Source: a plasmid. Taken from it: DNA of 64,000 nt. Both the position numbers and the translations under genes were made by a program. The notes beneath the pieces were generated by a model. It saw only the letters and a program-made list of their open reading frames with translations, did not search any database and was not told where the DNA came from. Position 1 is the first letter of the stretch. Each line of letters opens with the position of its first letter. The DNA is taken from the sequence record NZ_CP012741.1. One strand, given 5' to 3'. Below, one piece after another: positions 18,769 through 28,628 of the stretch.

Positions 18769-18770
18769 AA

Positions 18771-19058
18771 CTAGTATTGCAAGGGCACATCATAAGCACC
18801 CATATCATCTGATCCCATTTCCAATTCAAGCGACACGACGTGATTGAGCGGTAAACCAGTGACGGTCGCCACTAATTCAATCGGCATCCATTCATCGAGC
18901 ATCCACTTTGCAACGTCGGTCTGAGACTGCGTTGTACGAATGAATCGACCCTCAATAAGAGCCAAACTGTCGTGGTCGAGTGTGCCTTTGAGTTTGTCTT
19001 GCCAGTCTGTTTTCATTTTCTCACCACCGAGCTTGTCATTCGATATTGGACTCAACAA
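18771..19058 (-). CDS. hypothetical protein (95 aa)
   Basis: ORF track. Confidence 0.3.
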   Translation of the reverse strand: MLSPISNDKLGGEKMKTDWQDKLKGTLDHDSLALIEGRFIRTTQSQTDVAKWMLDEWMPIELVATVTGLPLNHVVSLELEMGSDDMGAYDVPLQY

Positions 19059-19064
19059 AAGCCG

Positions 19065-19667
19065 TTAAAACAAGTGAATACCGCCAGAAGAAGAGGTCGG
19101 GTAATTCACATTCGAAACCTTTCCTTCCGTATCGAACGTGACTGTCATCGTATTCCAGCGGTTCGTCCAATAAACCCAAGTTTGGGTTGCCATTGGTTTG
19201 GGTGTTCTAAAGGCCGGTGGGTAACCCATAGCCTGTATCACGGCCGCCTTTGTCATACCGATTTGTGCCGTTCCACTGCTGATACCTTGTTTGTCAATGT
19301 CGGATAGTGATGCAGATAGTGGTTCACACGACGTGCCAAAGTATTTTTGAATGTTTTGAGCAAAGTCAGGAGTACGTTTATGCCAGTAATAGTGATAGGT
19401 TTGGCCTGTCTCTTTGATGGAGAACTCCATGACTTTTTTGGTGGCAGAGTGTATATCGACTTCGGTGCAACGAGGAATGAAACCGCCTTGCTGGTAGTTT
19501 AGGGAGAAGAGTTTGGCGCGTGTTGCATCTGGGTGCAAATTTACAAGGGTATACACGGGCTTGTTGGTGTCCACTAAATTATTCTGTTGTGCATCTTGTA
19601 TGTCTATCGTTGAGGCGCAGCCAGCTAACGTAAGGACAACGCCGAGTGCGGTCAATTTTAGTTTCAT
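19065..19667 (-). CDS. Lipoprotein (LAGC lipobox), 200 aa; possible surface-exclusion analogue at the TraT position
   Basis: MKLKLTALGVVLTLAGCAS lipoprotein signal; location between traG and traD; no sequence similarity to F TraT. Confidence 0.5.
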   Translation of the reverse strand: MKLKLTALGVVLTLAGCASTIDIQDAQQNNLVDTNKPVYTLVNLHPDATRAKLFSLNYQQGGFIPRCTEVDIHSATKKVMEFSIKETGQTYHYYWHKRTPDFAQNIQKYFGTSCEPLSASLSDIDKQGISSGTAQIGMTKAAVIQAMGYPPAFRTPKPMATQTWVYWTNRWNTMTVTFDTEGKVSNVNYPTSSSGGIHLF

Positions 19668-19801
19668 GTCAGTATTCCTTTGTGTTATCGCAATTAAAGT
19701 CCGTTTTCATTAAGACGGACATTTTTCATCAATTCCTTTTCTCTTGTTTTTACTTTTAGGTCAATGAAAATACGCTATCTAGTCCACGCCATGTGCTGAG
19801 G

Positions 19802-20338
19802 TTAATATTTCCAGCCATTAAATTGCAGCGACTTTGGAATGGGGCTGTAGCAAGGGTATTCGGTTTGAAGACCATATGCGATGATATAATCGATAGATAC
19901 GCTGAAAGCACCGGCAAAATTTGCTCGTCTGAATTTTTGAGGGTCATTCTTGGCGGTTTTTTCGAGCACTTTCCAGATAAGGTCTACAAAAAACTCAGGG
20001 TGACGGTCTGGATCAAGCGTCATGGTGTCACGCATGCAGAACCAAAGTCCTCCCCCTGTTTCTTTTTGGTTATAGGCGTTGTCAAAATAAGCGGTTTGTA
20101 ATCCTAACAAGTAACCTTGTAGGCGCATCGATTCAACCGTATCCGTCTCATCAATGTGCTGCAAAAAGTAAGGCAGTTTGGTGACATTGGATAGGTCTTG
20201 AGAATAGGGTCTTTTAGTTATTACAGCCTGTTCGTACTGCTCATGTATCTCGCTCAGCAGTTGAGTGAGCTCAGGAGAATGCGTTTGCGCTTGTGCACTT
20301 GCGCAGGTAAGCAGCAGCAAAGGTAGGACTTTTTTCAT
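19802..20338 (-). CDS. Secreted/periplasmic protein (178 aa), immediately downstream of traG (TraS/entry-exclusion position)
   Basis: MKKVLPLLLLTCASAQA signal peptide. Confidence 0.5.
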   Translation of the reverse strand: MKKVLPLLLLTCASAQAQTHSPELTQLLSEIHEQYEQAVITKRPYSQDLSNVTKLPYFLQHIDETDTVESMRLQGYLLGLQTAYFDNAYNQKETGGGLWFCMRDTMTLDPDRHPEFFVDLIWKVLEKTAKNDPQKFRRANFAGAFSVSIDYIIAYGLQTEYPCYSPIPKSLQFNGWKY

Positions 20339-20420
20339 AATAACGCTCCTTTTAGATACCTGATCATAATACCAGTATTTTAAGGGTGCATAAAGTCCTT
20401 TTTATGCACCATGATCAATA

Positions 20421-23234
20421 TTATTGGTTTGGATTTTGGGTGTATCTGGGTGCCGCAGGGTAGGATTGGTCGGAGGTGACGTATTCCGTCCTTTCGGGTT
20501 TTGTTACCTCTGCTTCTACCTGTGACTTGATGGTCAGCGCAATGATGGGTTCTGGTTTGGCGATCGACTGCTGAGCGTCGCTTTGCTGCTGCCTTGCGTT
20601 ATCCGTGACCCCGTCGAAGCGATCTTGGTTAAACAGCCCGCCGGTGCCTTTATTGTGCATCACAGCGGTGCGGGTGGCGTCTACTGCACCTTGTGTTTTA
20701 TCCCATTCATTCTCCATGGTTTTACTTTGCTCTGGGGTGAGCTGAGGCGGTGTTGTTGGTGTTGTGGTTTGATAGTCTTGGTTCATCTTGGCCACGACGC
20801 GTGCGCTGTCACCATCGAGTCCTGCCATGGTGGCAAAGGCTTCGGTGCGAGTAAATTCTTGCCAATGCTTCTTCGCATCCGCAATGTCTTCTGGTTGGTA
20901 AGCGGTCATGAGGCGTTGAACTTGTTGTTGCTTGAGCCCTGCATTTTCCTCCAAGTAGTTTTGGAATGCGCCATCGGCTTTAGCAGTAAAGCTGCCGCCA
21001 ACTGATTCCAAACGCGTTTGGGTGTTGGAGAGTGCGTTCAAATCCGATTGGCTTTGCATCACGCTGGCACCCAAGGACTTAGTGTTGCTGGCGTTAATCG
21101 CAAAGTCATGCGCAAACTGCTCAACTGACGTGCGCGTGTCTTTGTTATCCACTTGCGTGCCGGCAGTGGTGACCGCATTCGCCCCCTCAGTGTATTGCTT
21201 GGTCGCTTGCTCAAGCTGCTGCTTCTGCTCGCTGCTCATGTTGCTGTAAGCGGTGCGTTCTTCGTCTGACCATTTCACCCCAGCGTTAGCGCTGGCGCTA
21301 AATGGAAGAATGCTTTTTCCTGAACCTACGCCCACATCCACGCCAGCATAAGCGCTTTGCAAGTAAGCTTGCGATTGGTCTTTCGTCCAACCCGTTTGTT
21401 TGCTGACGTTGTCAATGGCGCTTTGCATGTTGCTCATACCTTGGCTGACTTGGGTATTAAAGCCCGTGGTGCTGCCTTCGCCATAGTTTAGGTTTTTACC
21501 TACGCTGTCATGCCAACGATCACTCAATGCCGCGCCAGCTTGAATGGTTTGGCCAAGTTGAGTGCTGGTTTGCGCTAGGTTTTGCTCTGTTTGACTGCGA
21601 GCATTGGCCACACTTTCTTGCAGCATAGCGGAAGTGTTAGTGGATATATTACCTCGGCTGACCATTTGCGTACTGTCGTAAGTGGTGCGTCCATCGCCGT
21701 GTTGTGTGGTCACCGAACCGTCTTGGTTTTGGGTGTAGCTATGTCCTTGGTTAGTGAGTGTGTTGGTATCAAACTTATTGGCATGGGTGTTGTTCATGCT
21801 GTGGTTATCAATTTGCATACTGCCAAAGTCCAGATTACCGGTTGATGCTGCCGCGCTCGCTCTGGCATTGGTGGAATTAATCATGCTTGATAACTGGTAG
21901 TTCATGCTCGACATGACCGATTGCCCGCCTTTGAGTATGCCACCGGCAATTAACGGTACGCCTATCATCAAGATGCCCGTCATCCAGGCAAAGCGGCTGT
22001 GTAGTTCATCGGCTGCATTGGCATTGGAGAGAACCAGCCCACCAAATTTACCAGAGACATCGGTGGAGAGAGATTCTAGCCCCCACAGTTGGAAGCCATT
22101 GATGATGGCAAAGAGCGCTGGCCACGTCGCCAGAAACGCAAACGTACCAACGTAGTTTTTCAATACCATTAGGGTTAAGCCTGGAATGACCGCCGCGCCA
22201 GCAACAAAAAAGCCCAAACAAGCAAAGAGCATAAACAGCATAGTATGGAGCATGGGCAAGTATTCCCTTGCCATTAAGCCAAGAGAGGCCCACATCGAGG
22301 TGGTTTGCAGTTTGTTGGTGGTATAGGCGTAATTGAGTGCAGCTTGGGTGGGGTTAAGGCTATCTATGTTGTAGCGAAGCTCATTCATCAACATGTTTTG
22401 CTTAATCGTGTTGGAAGCGCTGGTGCTGATGGAAAAGAATTTGTTGTAACTGCGTTGGAGCGATTGAACAATTTGGGGCTTGTAGCGATTGGCCTCCTTA
22501 CCGAGTAAATGATGCGCTAACAAGGTGACGTTTTCGTTCGACGCAGCATCAAAGCGCTGTTTTACTATGGGGTACGCTTCTTCACACAATTTATAGCTGA
22601 TTTTGCCGCCACCCTCATCAAGATAAAGCGCGCGCAGCGGGCTTTGTTTGATGCCATCGAGAAAGGTAAAAATATTCGGGGCGGCAAAGAGTTCATCCCA
22701 CGTGTATTTGTGGTTAATTCTCACATCGCCAATCATGCAGTTTTGAAAATAATCACTCCACAGCTTTTTAAGTCCTATTTCGCGTACGCTTGATTGCCTT
22801 GAGAGCTGATAGAGCTCAGAGCCAAACAACATGCCTGTACGCCCATAACGCTCATCGTCTGAGGTGGTGAAAATGGCTTCGACCCCCTCTGTCATCCCCA
22901 CCATAATAGAAGAGAAAAAGTAAGTCGGTACCGCGACAAGGTAGGGTACGTTATCGACTTTGTACGCTTTCCCTGGTTGGGTTTTGTCAATGATGAGCAT
23001 GTCGGCTTTCATGTTGATAAGAAACAAGGGCACAGCAAAGAAAACCACCATCCATTTGATGAGGTCTTTGGGGTTACGAGAGAGCATGAAGATAAACAAG
23101 CTGGTGATAAGACCTAGCATCATGCACATCTGTAAGTAATCGCCAAAGGTATTGGTTTTAAAAAAGGTGGCCAGCGCGTTAAAGGCTTTATTGACCACCT
23201 CGCCAGAGGTGTAGGTGTAATACTCAAGTATCAT
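20421..23234 (-). CDS. traG: TraG, F-type mating-pair stabilization / pilus assembly protein
   Basis: N-terminus aligns with F TraG (KAYKVDNVPYLVAVP ~ KVHRVDNVPVGLAMP); 937 aa, polytopic N-domain. Confidence 0.85.
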   Translation of the reverse strand: MILEYYTYTSGEVVNKAFNALATFFKTNTFGDYLQMCMMLGLITSLFIFMLSRNPKDLIKWMVVFFAVPLFLINMKADMLIIDKTQPGKAYKVDNVPYLVAVPTYFFSSIMVGMTEGVEAIFTTSDDERYGRTGMLFGSELYQLSRQSSVREIGLKKLWSDYFQNCMIGDVRINHKYTWDELFAAPNIFTFLDGIKQSPLRALYLDEGGGKISYKLCEEAYPIVKQRFDAASNENVTLLAHHLLGKEANRYKPQIVQSLQRSYNKFFSISTSASNTIKQNMLMNELRYNIDSLNPTQAALNYAYTTNKLQTTSMWASLGLMAREYLPMLHTMLFMLFACLGFFVAGAAVIPGLTLMVLKNYVGTFAFLATWPALFAIINGFQLWGLESLSTDVSGKFGGLVLSNANAADELHSRFAWMTGILMIGVPLIAGGILKGGQSVMSSMNYQLSSMINSTNARASAAASTGNLDFGSMQIDNHSMNNTHANKFDTNTLTNQGHSYTQNQDGSVTTQHGDGRTTYDSTQMVSRGNISTNTSAMLQESVANARSQTEQNLAQTSTQLGQTIQAGAALSDRWHDSVGKNLNYGEGSTTGFNTQVSQGMSNMQSAIDNVSKQTGWTKDQSQAYLQSAYAGVDVGVGSGKSILPFSASANAGVKWSDEERTAYSNMSSEQKQQLEQATKQYTEGANAVTTAGTQVDNKDTRTSVEQFAHDFAINASNTKSLGASVMQSQSDLNALSNTQTRLESVGGSFTAKADGAFQNYLEENAGLKQQQVQRLMTAYQPEDIADAKKHWQEFTRTEAFATMAGLDGDSARVVAKMNQDYQTTTPTTPPQLTPEQSKTMENEWDKTQGAVDATRTAVMHNKGTGGLFNQDRFDGVTDNARQQQSDAQQSIAKPEPIIALTIKSQVEAEVTKPERTEYVTSDQSYPAAPRYTQNPNQ

Positions 23235-23237
23235 TGG

Positions 23238-24644
23238 TTAGTTCCCATAAGCCTGTGTTGGTTTAGTGGTGATGCCGATGTCCTTTTGACTGCGCTGCGC
23301 CGTTTTTCGTTGTGACTCGATAAGCTGGTTACGCTGGTTAAGTGTCTCAATGGCTTTGTCGGCAAGTCCGGTTGTAAATCGTTTGGCGTTATCGATATCG
23401 CGCGTGATGAGGGCAATATCCTCGACACTGTTATTGGTATTAGCCAATGATTGGCTGGCGATACTCAACATATTGGTGAGGTATTGATTAAGCAGCTCTA
23501 CCGCTATCATGCGTGAGTAACTGTTGATGTCGGGGGTTTGATTGGCTGACAGATCATCCATGAAAAATTTGAGTACCGGTGTCTGGGTCAGCTCTAAAAA
23601 GCTTTTTTGTTTATCCGTCAGTTTTTGGTCGGTCGCGATATGACGTAGTATCGATTCCAGCTGTTTGCTTATCTGGCTTTGAATGCCGTTGGCCTGGCTG
23701 ATGGATAAGTTGTTGGGCTTGGTGATGGTAATGCACGCTTTCGGATCTGTGTTTCTGCATTGGTAAATGTCGGCTTTGCCACCTTCCAAAAGTACGTTGA
23801 CCAGGTTGTTATTATCGGTCAAAAGACTTGGGTAGTAGCGAGGGTTGCCGTTGGCATCGTAAACGTATGTCCCTGATAGGCTCATCATAAATTGCGCGAG
23901 GTGTTTATCTGCCGATAAAAACGCGTTGTTCATAATGGCCGACCACACCACATTATGATTGGTTTTGGTGATGTCTTTCAGTGCAGGATCGTTTTTTGCG
24001 TTGGCCAGTTGACCGGCGGCTTTACCGCCTGCCCCACATTCATGCTGAGCTTGTACCCAATCCGAGAACGCATTGTTTTGTGTCCCGAGCGTGGCACAAA
24101 CATGCTTTTTTGTGGCCGGTGCAGCAAAGGCCGCAAGTCCACCAATGGCGGCTTGTGCGGCTTCACAAGAGTTCACGGATTGGTTTAAGTATTTGTCGGC
24201 AATGGCTTGCAGATTATCTAGGTTTTGTTTGAGCTGCGGGGCCCAAGTTTGCAAAGCTAGGTTGACAATGAAAGGAGGCGCGTTGTGGATAATGGCTTTG
24301 CCCACTTTTACCAACTGATCCGAACTGACATGAGAGAACCCCCCCATAAACATGTCAATCCCAGAACAGCCCGCACTGATAGAGGGTACGGTGACACTGA
24401 CCAATTGTGCGTCAACGATGGGGGTGCGCACAAACAAGCTGCCCCCTGTGTAGTAGTTGGCCGATTGGCCTTGGTAGGCGCTGGGGTTAGAGACGTTCGC
24501 GTTATAACCCGAGCTATCAAAAAAGCGCGCTAGTGCGTTGTTGGTGTCTGCGTGACTCGTTGCGGGTAACGCAATGAACAATAAGGGAATAATATGCTTA
24601 TGCACCGAAATGGTGGATAAGTGGTGAGTAAGTGAGCGCCTCAT
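23238..24644 (-). CDS. traH: TraH, F-type pilus assembly protein
   Basis: F TraH-like (GGSL.ART, SAGCSGIDMFMGGFS ~ NAGCGGIDAYLGSFS); ATGA overlap with trbB. Confidence 0.85.
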   Translation of the reverse strand: MRRSLTHHLSTISVHKHIIPLLFIALPATSHADTNNALARFFDSSGYNANVSNPSAYQGQSANYYTGGSLFVRTPIVDAQLVSVTVPSISAGCSGIDMFMGGFSHVSSDQLVKVGKAIIHNAPPFIVNLALQTWAPQLKQNLDNLQAIADKYLNQSVNSCEAAQAAIGGLAAFAAPATKKHVCATLGTQNNAFSDWVQAQHECGAGGKAAGQLANAKNDPALKDITKTNHNVVWSAIMNNAFLSADKHLAQFMMSLSGTYVYDANGNPRYYPSLLTDNNNLVNVLLEGGKADIYQCRNTDPKACITITKPNNLSISQANGIQSQISKQLESILRHIATDQKLTDKQKSFLELTQTPVLKFFMDDLSANQTPDINSYSRMIAVELLNQYLTNMLSIASQSLANTNNSVEDIALITRDIDNAKRFTTGLADKAIETLNQRNQLIESQRKTAQRSQKDIGITTKPTQAYGN

Positions 24645-25054
24645 TGCAATGCCTCCTGTACCCGTGGGTCATTGAGCGCGTTTTGAATGCTCTGAGCCAG
24701 TGTTCTTTCTGGCACATCGCCGATGCTCAAGCGGGAAAACTTGCGGCTGTTTACGTTCATCAAAAAGAGGGCGGGCATGAGGGCTTTCGTAATGTCAGGG
24801 AAAAAGGTGTTGGCAATTTCAGGGGTGACAGGGATAGGAACCTCAAAACCAGCAATGCCCACACCATCAACAGAAAAAGCGTATACTGGCAGCTCAAAGC
24901 GTTCGCTAAGGCGCGTGATTTTTGGTGATGCCTTATGGCAGTACGCGCAAGTGCTTTGAAAAAAGAATACTAGGGCGTATTGGTTTTGCATGGCAGCGTG
25001 CGCGCTGCCAGCGAATAGCGAAAAACTCAGCAAAAGGGTACGAAGAAACGGCAT
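24641..25054 (-). CDS. trbB: TrbB thioredoxin-like disulfide isomerase (CAYCH)
   Basis: CxxC motif CAYCHKASP ~ F TrbB CPYCHQF; signal peptide. Confidence 0.75.
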   Translation of the reverse strand: MPFLRTLLLSFSLFAGSAHAAMQNQYALVFFFQSTCAYCHKASPKITRLSERFELPVYAFSVDGVGIAGFEVPIPVTPEIANTFFPDITKALMPALFLMNVNSRKFSRLSIGDVPERTLAQSIQNALNDPRVQEALQ

Positions 25055-25071
25055 GACGCCTCCTTAAATTT

Positions 25072-25857
25072 CTAAAAATCGGATTGTTCAAAGTTGGTGG
25101 CGACGTTGTAAAAACGCCCAAGTAGCTCGTTTTGGCTTATCCAGCCATACGCCAGTGGCTTCATCTCTCCAGTGCTTGGGTGTACTAAAATCAATGCGGG
25201 GGTAAACGGCACCGAAATCTTGCCTTGGTTGTGGCGGTTTACGGTGATGTTCGTGATGAAAGTTTCATCATTGCTGATCCCAAGAAGTTCAAAGTGGTAT
25301 TGGTCAGCAAATGCTTGAATGGATGGGGCAAGTTGCTGGCTAAGCTTGTCTTTGCCGTCATAGACAAAGAAAAAGCCCCAGCCTTCTTGCTTCATCTTTT
25401 CAACTGCATCGGTTTTCTTTTGGTTTTCGAGATCGAGATATACCTGTCTTGCCGCTTGCTCGGTCGGGTGCTCTTTGGTGTAAGAGAGCTCCGGTTTTTC
25501 CAGTAGTAAAGCCTTAAAGGTCATGCCTAGCTGATCGGTTTGGTCGGTAATAAATCGATTAAGCGCTAGGAACCTGGCCAATTTTTCTTTGTCTTTCGGA
25601 TGGATGGCGGCGTCGTTTTGCGCCTCCTTGTGCATGGTGTGGAACCAATCCATTTGTTCGGTCGCTGACAAGGTTTTGGGGCTTGATATGGTGGTTTGTG
25701 TGTTGCTTGGCAGTGGCTCGACTTTAGGCGCTTGAAGTGCGGGTTTCGGCTCGTTGTACCATCGCCACCCTGGTGGTGTTTCATTAGCCAAGGTGGGATG
25801 GACTTGAATAAGCAGCACTAGGGGAATGACGTAAAGCAGTCTTTTTTTCATCATCAT
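25072..25857 (-). CDS. traF: TraF, thioredoxin-fold pilus assembly protein; start adjusted to MMMKKRLLYV
   Basis: GWRWYNE and C-terminal GWISQNELLGRFYNV ~ F TraF GWQWYNE ... GFISQDDLAKQFLNV; the track ORF is extended upstream into traN. Confidence 0.85.
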   Translation of the reverse strand: MMMKKRLLYVIPLVLLIQVHPTLANETPPGWRWYNEPKPALQAPKVEPLPSNTQTTISSPKTLSATEQMDWFHTMHKEAQNDAAIHPKDKEKLARFLALNRFITDQTDQLGMTFKALLLEKPELSYTKEHPTEQAARQVYLDLENQKKTDAVEKMKQEGWGFFFVYDGKDKLSQQLAPSIQAFADQYHFELLGISNDETFITNITVNRHNQGKISVPFTPALILVHPSTGEMKPLAYGWISQNELLGRFYNVATNFEQSDF

Positions 25858-25897
25858 AAACCTTAGTTGTATGAGGCGAAGTGATTCAGCGTGGGGG

Positions 25898-27631
25898 TTA
25901 ATTGCCCGTTGCGCTTTGAAGTCGCTTCTTGATTTCATCAAAGTTAGGGAGTTGGGTGTTGGCGTGCATCTCTGGGTAAAACTCTTTAAAGTCGATGTAC
26001 TCAAAGTTGATTTGTCCCAATTCTTCGGGGGTTATCGCGGCGCAGATAGGGCTTTTTGCACTGCCAAGCCCCTTGCCTAATTGCCCGATAGACCCTTGCT
26101 CTTGAATGATTTTGGCAAGCTTGCTGTCATAGACGCAGTAGCTGCGTTTTTTGCGTGTGCAAACCCCAAGGACTTTCTTGGCGCAGTATTCCCCGACATA
26201 GAGGGTTAATCCTTTCTCTTTGGCCTTGCCTAGTGCCTCTTCGGCTTCGCTGCATTTAGCGCCAAGGTTTTGTCCCCAGCCCGAGTCTTTGCAACAGTCG
26301 TTAAAGCCGGCGAGTTTTTTGTCGCACTTCATGGGTTTACCCGTAAAGATTTGTGGCGGGTCGCCAATGTCTTTGACGGCTTCGGAAAGCCCCGCTAACG
26401 CCGCAACCGATTTATCAAAGTTGCCATTGAGTTTGGGCTCCTCTGTATAACAATCGCCATCAAGACAAAAAGATTGTTCGCCACATTGCATTTGAGTGGT
26501 GCGACACGACTTTTCAAAACAGTTTTTAGTGACTTCTTGCTCAACGCACACGCCATTTTGTTTGAGGCGACACTGCGTTTTTACTGTTTCACATTCGCTG
26601 GGTAACGACTGGCAGGTATCTGTCATTTGGCATTGATAAAATGATTGGTATTTCCAGCATTCTAATGTCTCTGGGATGCCATTAATGATGCGGGTTTCCT
26701 TTCCTTCAATGCAGGTCTCATGGGTCATATGGCAATTTTTGATTAAGGAGCATTCTGTTTTCCAAGAAAACGTATTTTTTATGCAGTTCCCCCCAGATAA
26801 AGAGAATCCTTCCTCGCAAGTCAAAATGAGAGGGGTAATATCAATCTCTTGTTTGCATATTTCTAGCCGCCCTCCATAAGAGCCCCATGTCGCTCGTTCG
26901 CCTTGCCTGTAGTAGTTTCCGTCAGAAGCTTTTATCCACTTTGGTCCGATTGGTCTTCTATCAACGCGCACACCATTCCAAAAGGAACCTATATTTGACC
27001 AGTTTTTACCAACTTCAATGTAGTGGAGGTGGTCGAATTTGCACTGCTCTGTCACAAGCTTGCATTCTCTACCCTCTCGACTCCATCCCTCGTTACATCC
27101 TTCAAAAACAGTGGAAGTTATGACCGTGGCGGACGGCGTTTTGAGGCAGGGGACAGCATTGTTGGTTGGCATATTGCAGACCCTTGGAGTGCTTTTCTGT
27201 AAGCATTGCTGACCCGTATTGCAATCGACGTATTGGTTTGAAATGCCATGGGTAATTTCAAAGGCATTTTCTTGGCCGAGTAGGGCAAAGCGCAACGCTG
27301 GATCGTTTTTGATGTCGGGTCGGCCTTGGTTGAAATTGGCGTTGATGCTTTGCGCTATCTCATCGCTGGCAAAGGCCGCGCCTTTTTGGGCATTGATGTC
27401 ACTGTCAGACAGGTTTGCTTCTTTAGGCGCGCGGATATCTCGACGGCAGGTAGCATCGGCACAATACTCATCGATATTGAGCGGTAGCGCGTTGGGTGTG
27501 AGCGCTTGACTCGCGGTTTGCTTTGCCCAATTGGCGCTGTCGGTAAAAGTTTGTTGGTCGTCGGCGAACGCCAAAGTGCAAAACAGGCTGAGCGCGAGCG
27601 CAGTCCAAAAATACAGGCGCATAGGAAACAC
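25898..27631 (-). CDS. traN: TraN, Cys-rich outer-membrane mating-pair stabilization protein
   Basis: 577 aa, signal peptide, very high Cys content in the TraN-typical C-terminal half. Confidence 0.85.
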   Translation of the reverse strand: MFPMRLYFWTALALSLFCTLAFADDQQTFTDSANWAKQTASQALTPNALPLNIDEYCADATCRRDIRAPKEANLSDSDINAQKGAAFASDEIAQSINANFNQGRPDIKNDPALRFALLGQENAFEITHGISNQYVDCNTGQQCLQKSTPRVCNMPTNNAVPCLKTPSATVITSTVFEGCNEGWSREGRECKLVTEQCKFDHLHYIEVGKNWSNIGSFWNGVRVDRRPIGPKWIKASDGNYYRQGERATWGSYGGRLEICKQEIDITPLILTCEEGFSLSGGNCIKNTFSWKTECSLIKNCHMTHETCIEGKETRIINGIPETLECWKYQSFYQCQMTDTCQSLPSECETVKTQCRLKQNGVCVEQEVTKNCFEKSCRTTQMQCGEQSFCLDGDCYTEEPKLNGNFDKSVAALAGLSEAVKDIGDPPQIFTGKPMKCDKKLAGFNDCCKDSGWGQNLGAKCSEAEEALGKAKEKGLTLYVGEYCAKKVLGVCTRKKRSYCVYDSKLAKIIQEQGSIGQLGKGLGSAKSPICAAITPEELGQINFEYIDFKEFYPEMHANTQLPNFDEIKKRLQSATGN

Positions 27632-27658
27632 CTCATTAAACGTAATGGCAAGAAATGG

Positions 27659-28372
27659 CTATTGTGAATACAGGGTGTGCAGTAGGGGGCGAACATTTTG
27701 TTGTGCGTCCCCATCAGCGAGGTAATCCAGCGCTTGATAAAGCGAGATGTTACCGTAAAGAATGTCGTAGTCCGTGGCGGTGCAAGGTCGCTCTGGTAGG
27801 CAGCGACCTGGTTTTACTGAGACAAAGGCGGGCACCTTGGTGATACCAAATTGCTTAAACCAATCAGGGCTGATGGAAAATCCGCTCTTAATGGGAGCCT
27901 TGTTGGGGGAGCGTATCAACGACTCGATGCGTTTTGCGGTGGCAGGAAACCCGTCTGGTAAGACGCCGCGTATCACAAGAGGGACTCCGAGATGTTCGCT
28001 TTGCATTAAGAGCTGTTTGAGCGCGTTCTCTGGCATGGTCAACGACACAAAGACCATCACCCCTTTGGGCGCTTGGTCTGGATTGCGTGTTGGTTTTTGA
28101 ATGCCGAGCAAGGGAGAGAGACTTTCTTCTTTCACTAGGGCTTGGATTTTGCGGCTGGCATCAAGCGCCTCCTGTTGATAGGCTCTGGCTTGATTTTGCA
28201 CTTGGTCAATTCGAAACGAATGCGTTGCGCTGCTTTGTTGGCTGAGTTCTTGCTCAAGCTTGGCAAAGGCTTTGAGTTCTTCTTCTGTATAAGCCTGGCT
28301 TGGCAGTGAAACAACCAAGCACAGAAAAAGGAGAGAGCGCCAAAGGGCGCTCTCAAACGATGGTGCTTTCAT
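27659..28372 (-). CDS. trbC: TrbC, F-type periplasmic pilus assembly protein; start adjusted to MKAPSFE
   Basis: VMVFVSLTMPENALKQLL...GVPLVIRG ~ F TrbC LYFVSFSIPEEGLKRML...GIPATLRG; SD aagagg. Confidence 0.8.
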   Translation of the reverse strand: MKAPSFESALWRSLLFLCLVVSLPSQAYTEEELKAFAKLEQELSQQSSATHSFRIDQVQNQARAYQQEALDASRKIQALVKEESLSPLLGIQKPTRNPDQAPKGVMVFVSLTMPENALKQLLMQSEHLGVPLVIRGVLPDGFPATAKRIESLIRSPNKAPIKSGFSISPDWFKQFGITKVPAFVSVKPGRCLPERPCTATDYDILYGNISLYQALDYLADGDAQQNVRPLLHTLYSQ

Positions 28373-28385
28373 GCTGACCTCTTCG

Positions 28386-28619
28386 CTATGGACGTTTGAA
28401 GGGTGGATAGAGAGTGTGAGCGTCTTGAAAACTGATTGAACACACCTTGCGGGCATTGAGCTCTTTGTAAAATGAGAACGGAAAGCTCATCAGTGGAAAA
28501 CTGCAATAGATATGCTTGTGATTGGCGATATCTGTCTTTAAAAAGTCTTCGAGAGAGCTCAAGTTGCTGGCAATAAAGAGTTCTGACTCGCCTTGTCTTG
28601 TTGGTGATGAAAAAGTCAT
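28386..28619 (-). CDS. possible small ORF (77 aa) exactly filling the traU-trbC gap
   Basis: ORF track only; no homology recognised. Confidence 0.25.
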   Translation of the reverse strand: MTFSSPTRQGESELFIASNLSSLEDFLKTDIANHKHIYCSFPLMSFPFSFYKELNARKVCSISFQDAHTLYPPFKRP

Positions 28620-28628
28620 GATTGCCTC

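Noticed and set aside
19065-19667. Calling the 200-aa lipoprotein TraT
   Set aside because: No sequence similarity to F TraT; only positional and lipoprotein analogy, so left unnamed.
20583-24533. Plus-strand ORFs inside traG and traH (for example 20583-21005, 23981-24232)
   Set aside because: Embedded in strongly supported minus-strand tra genes.
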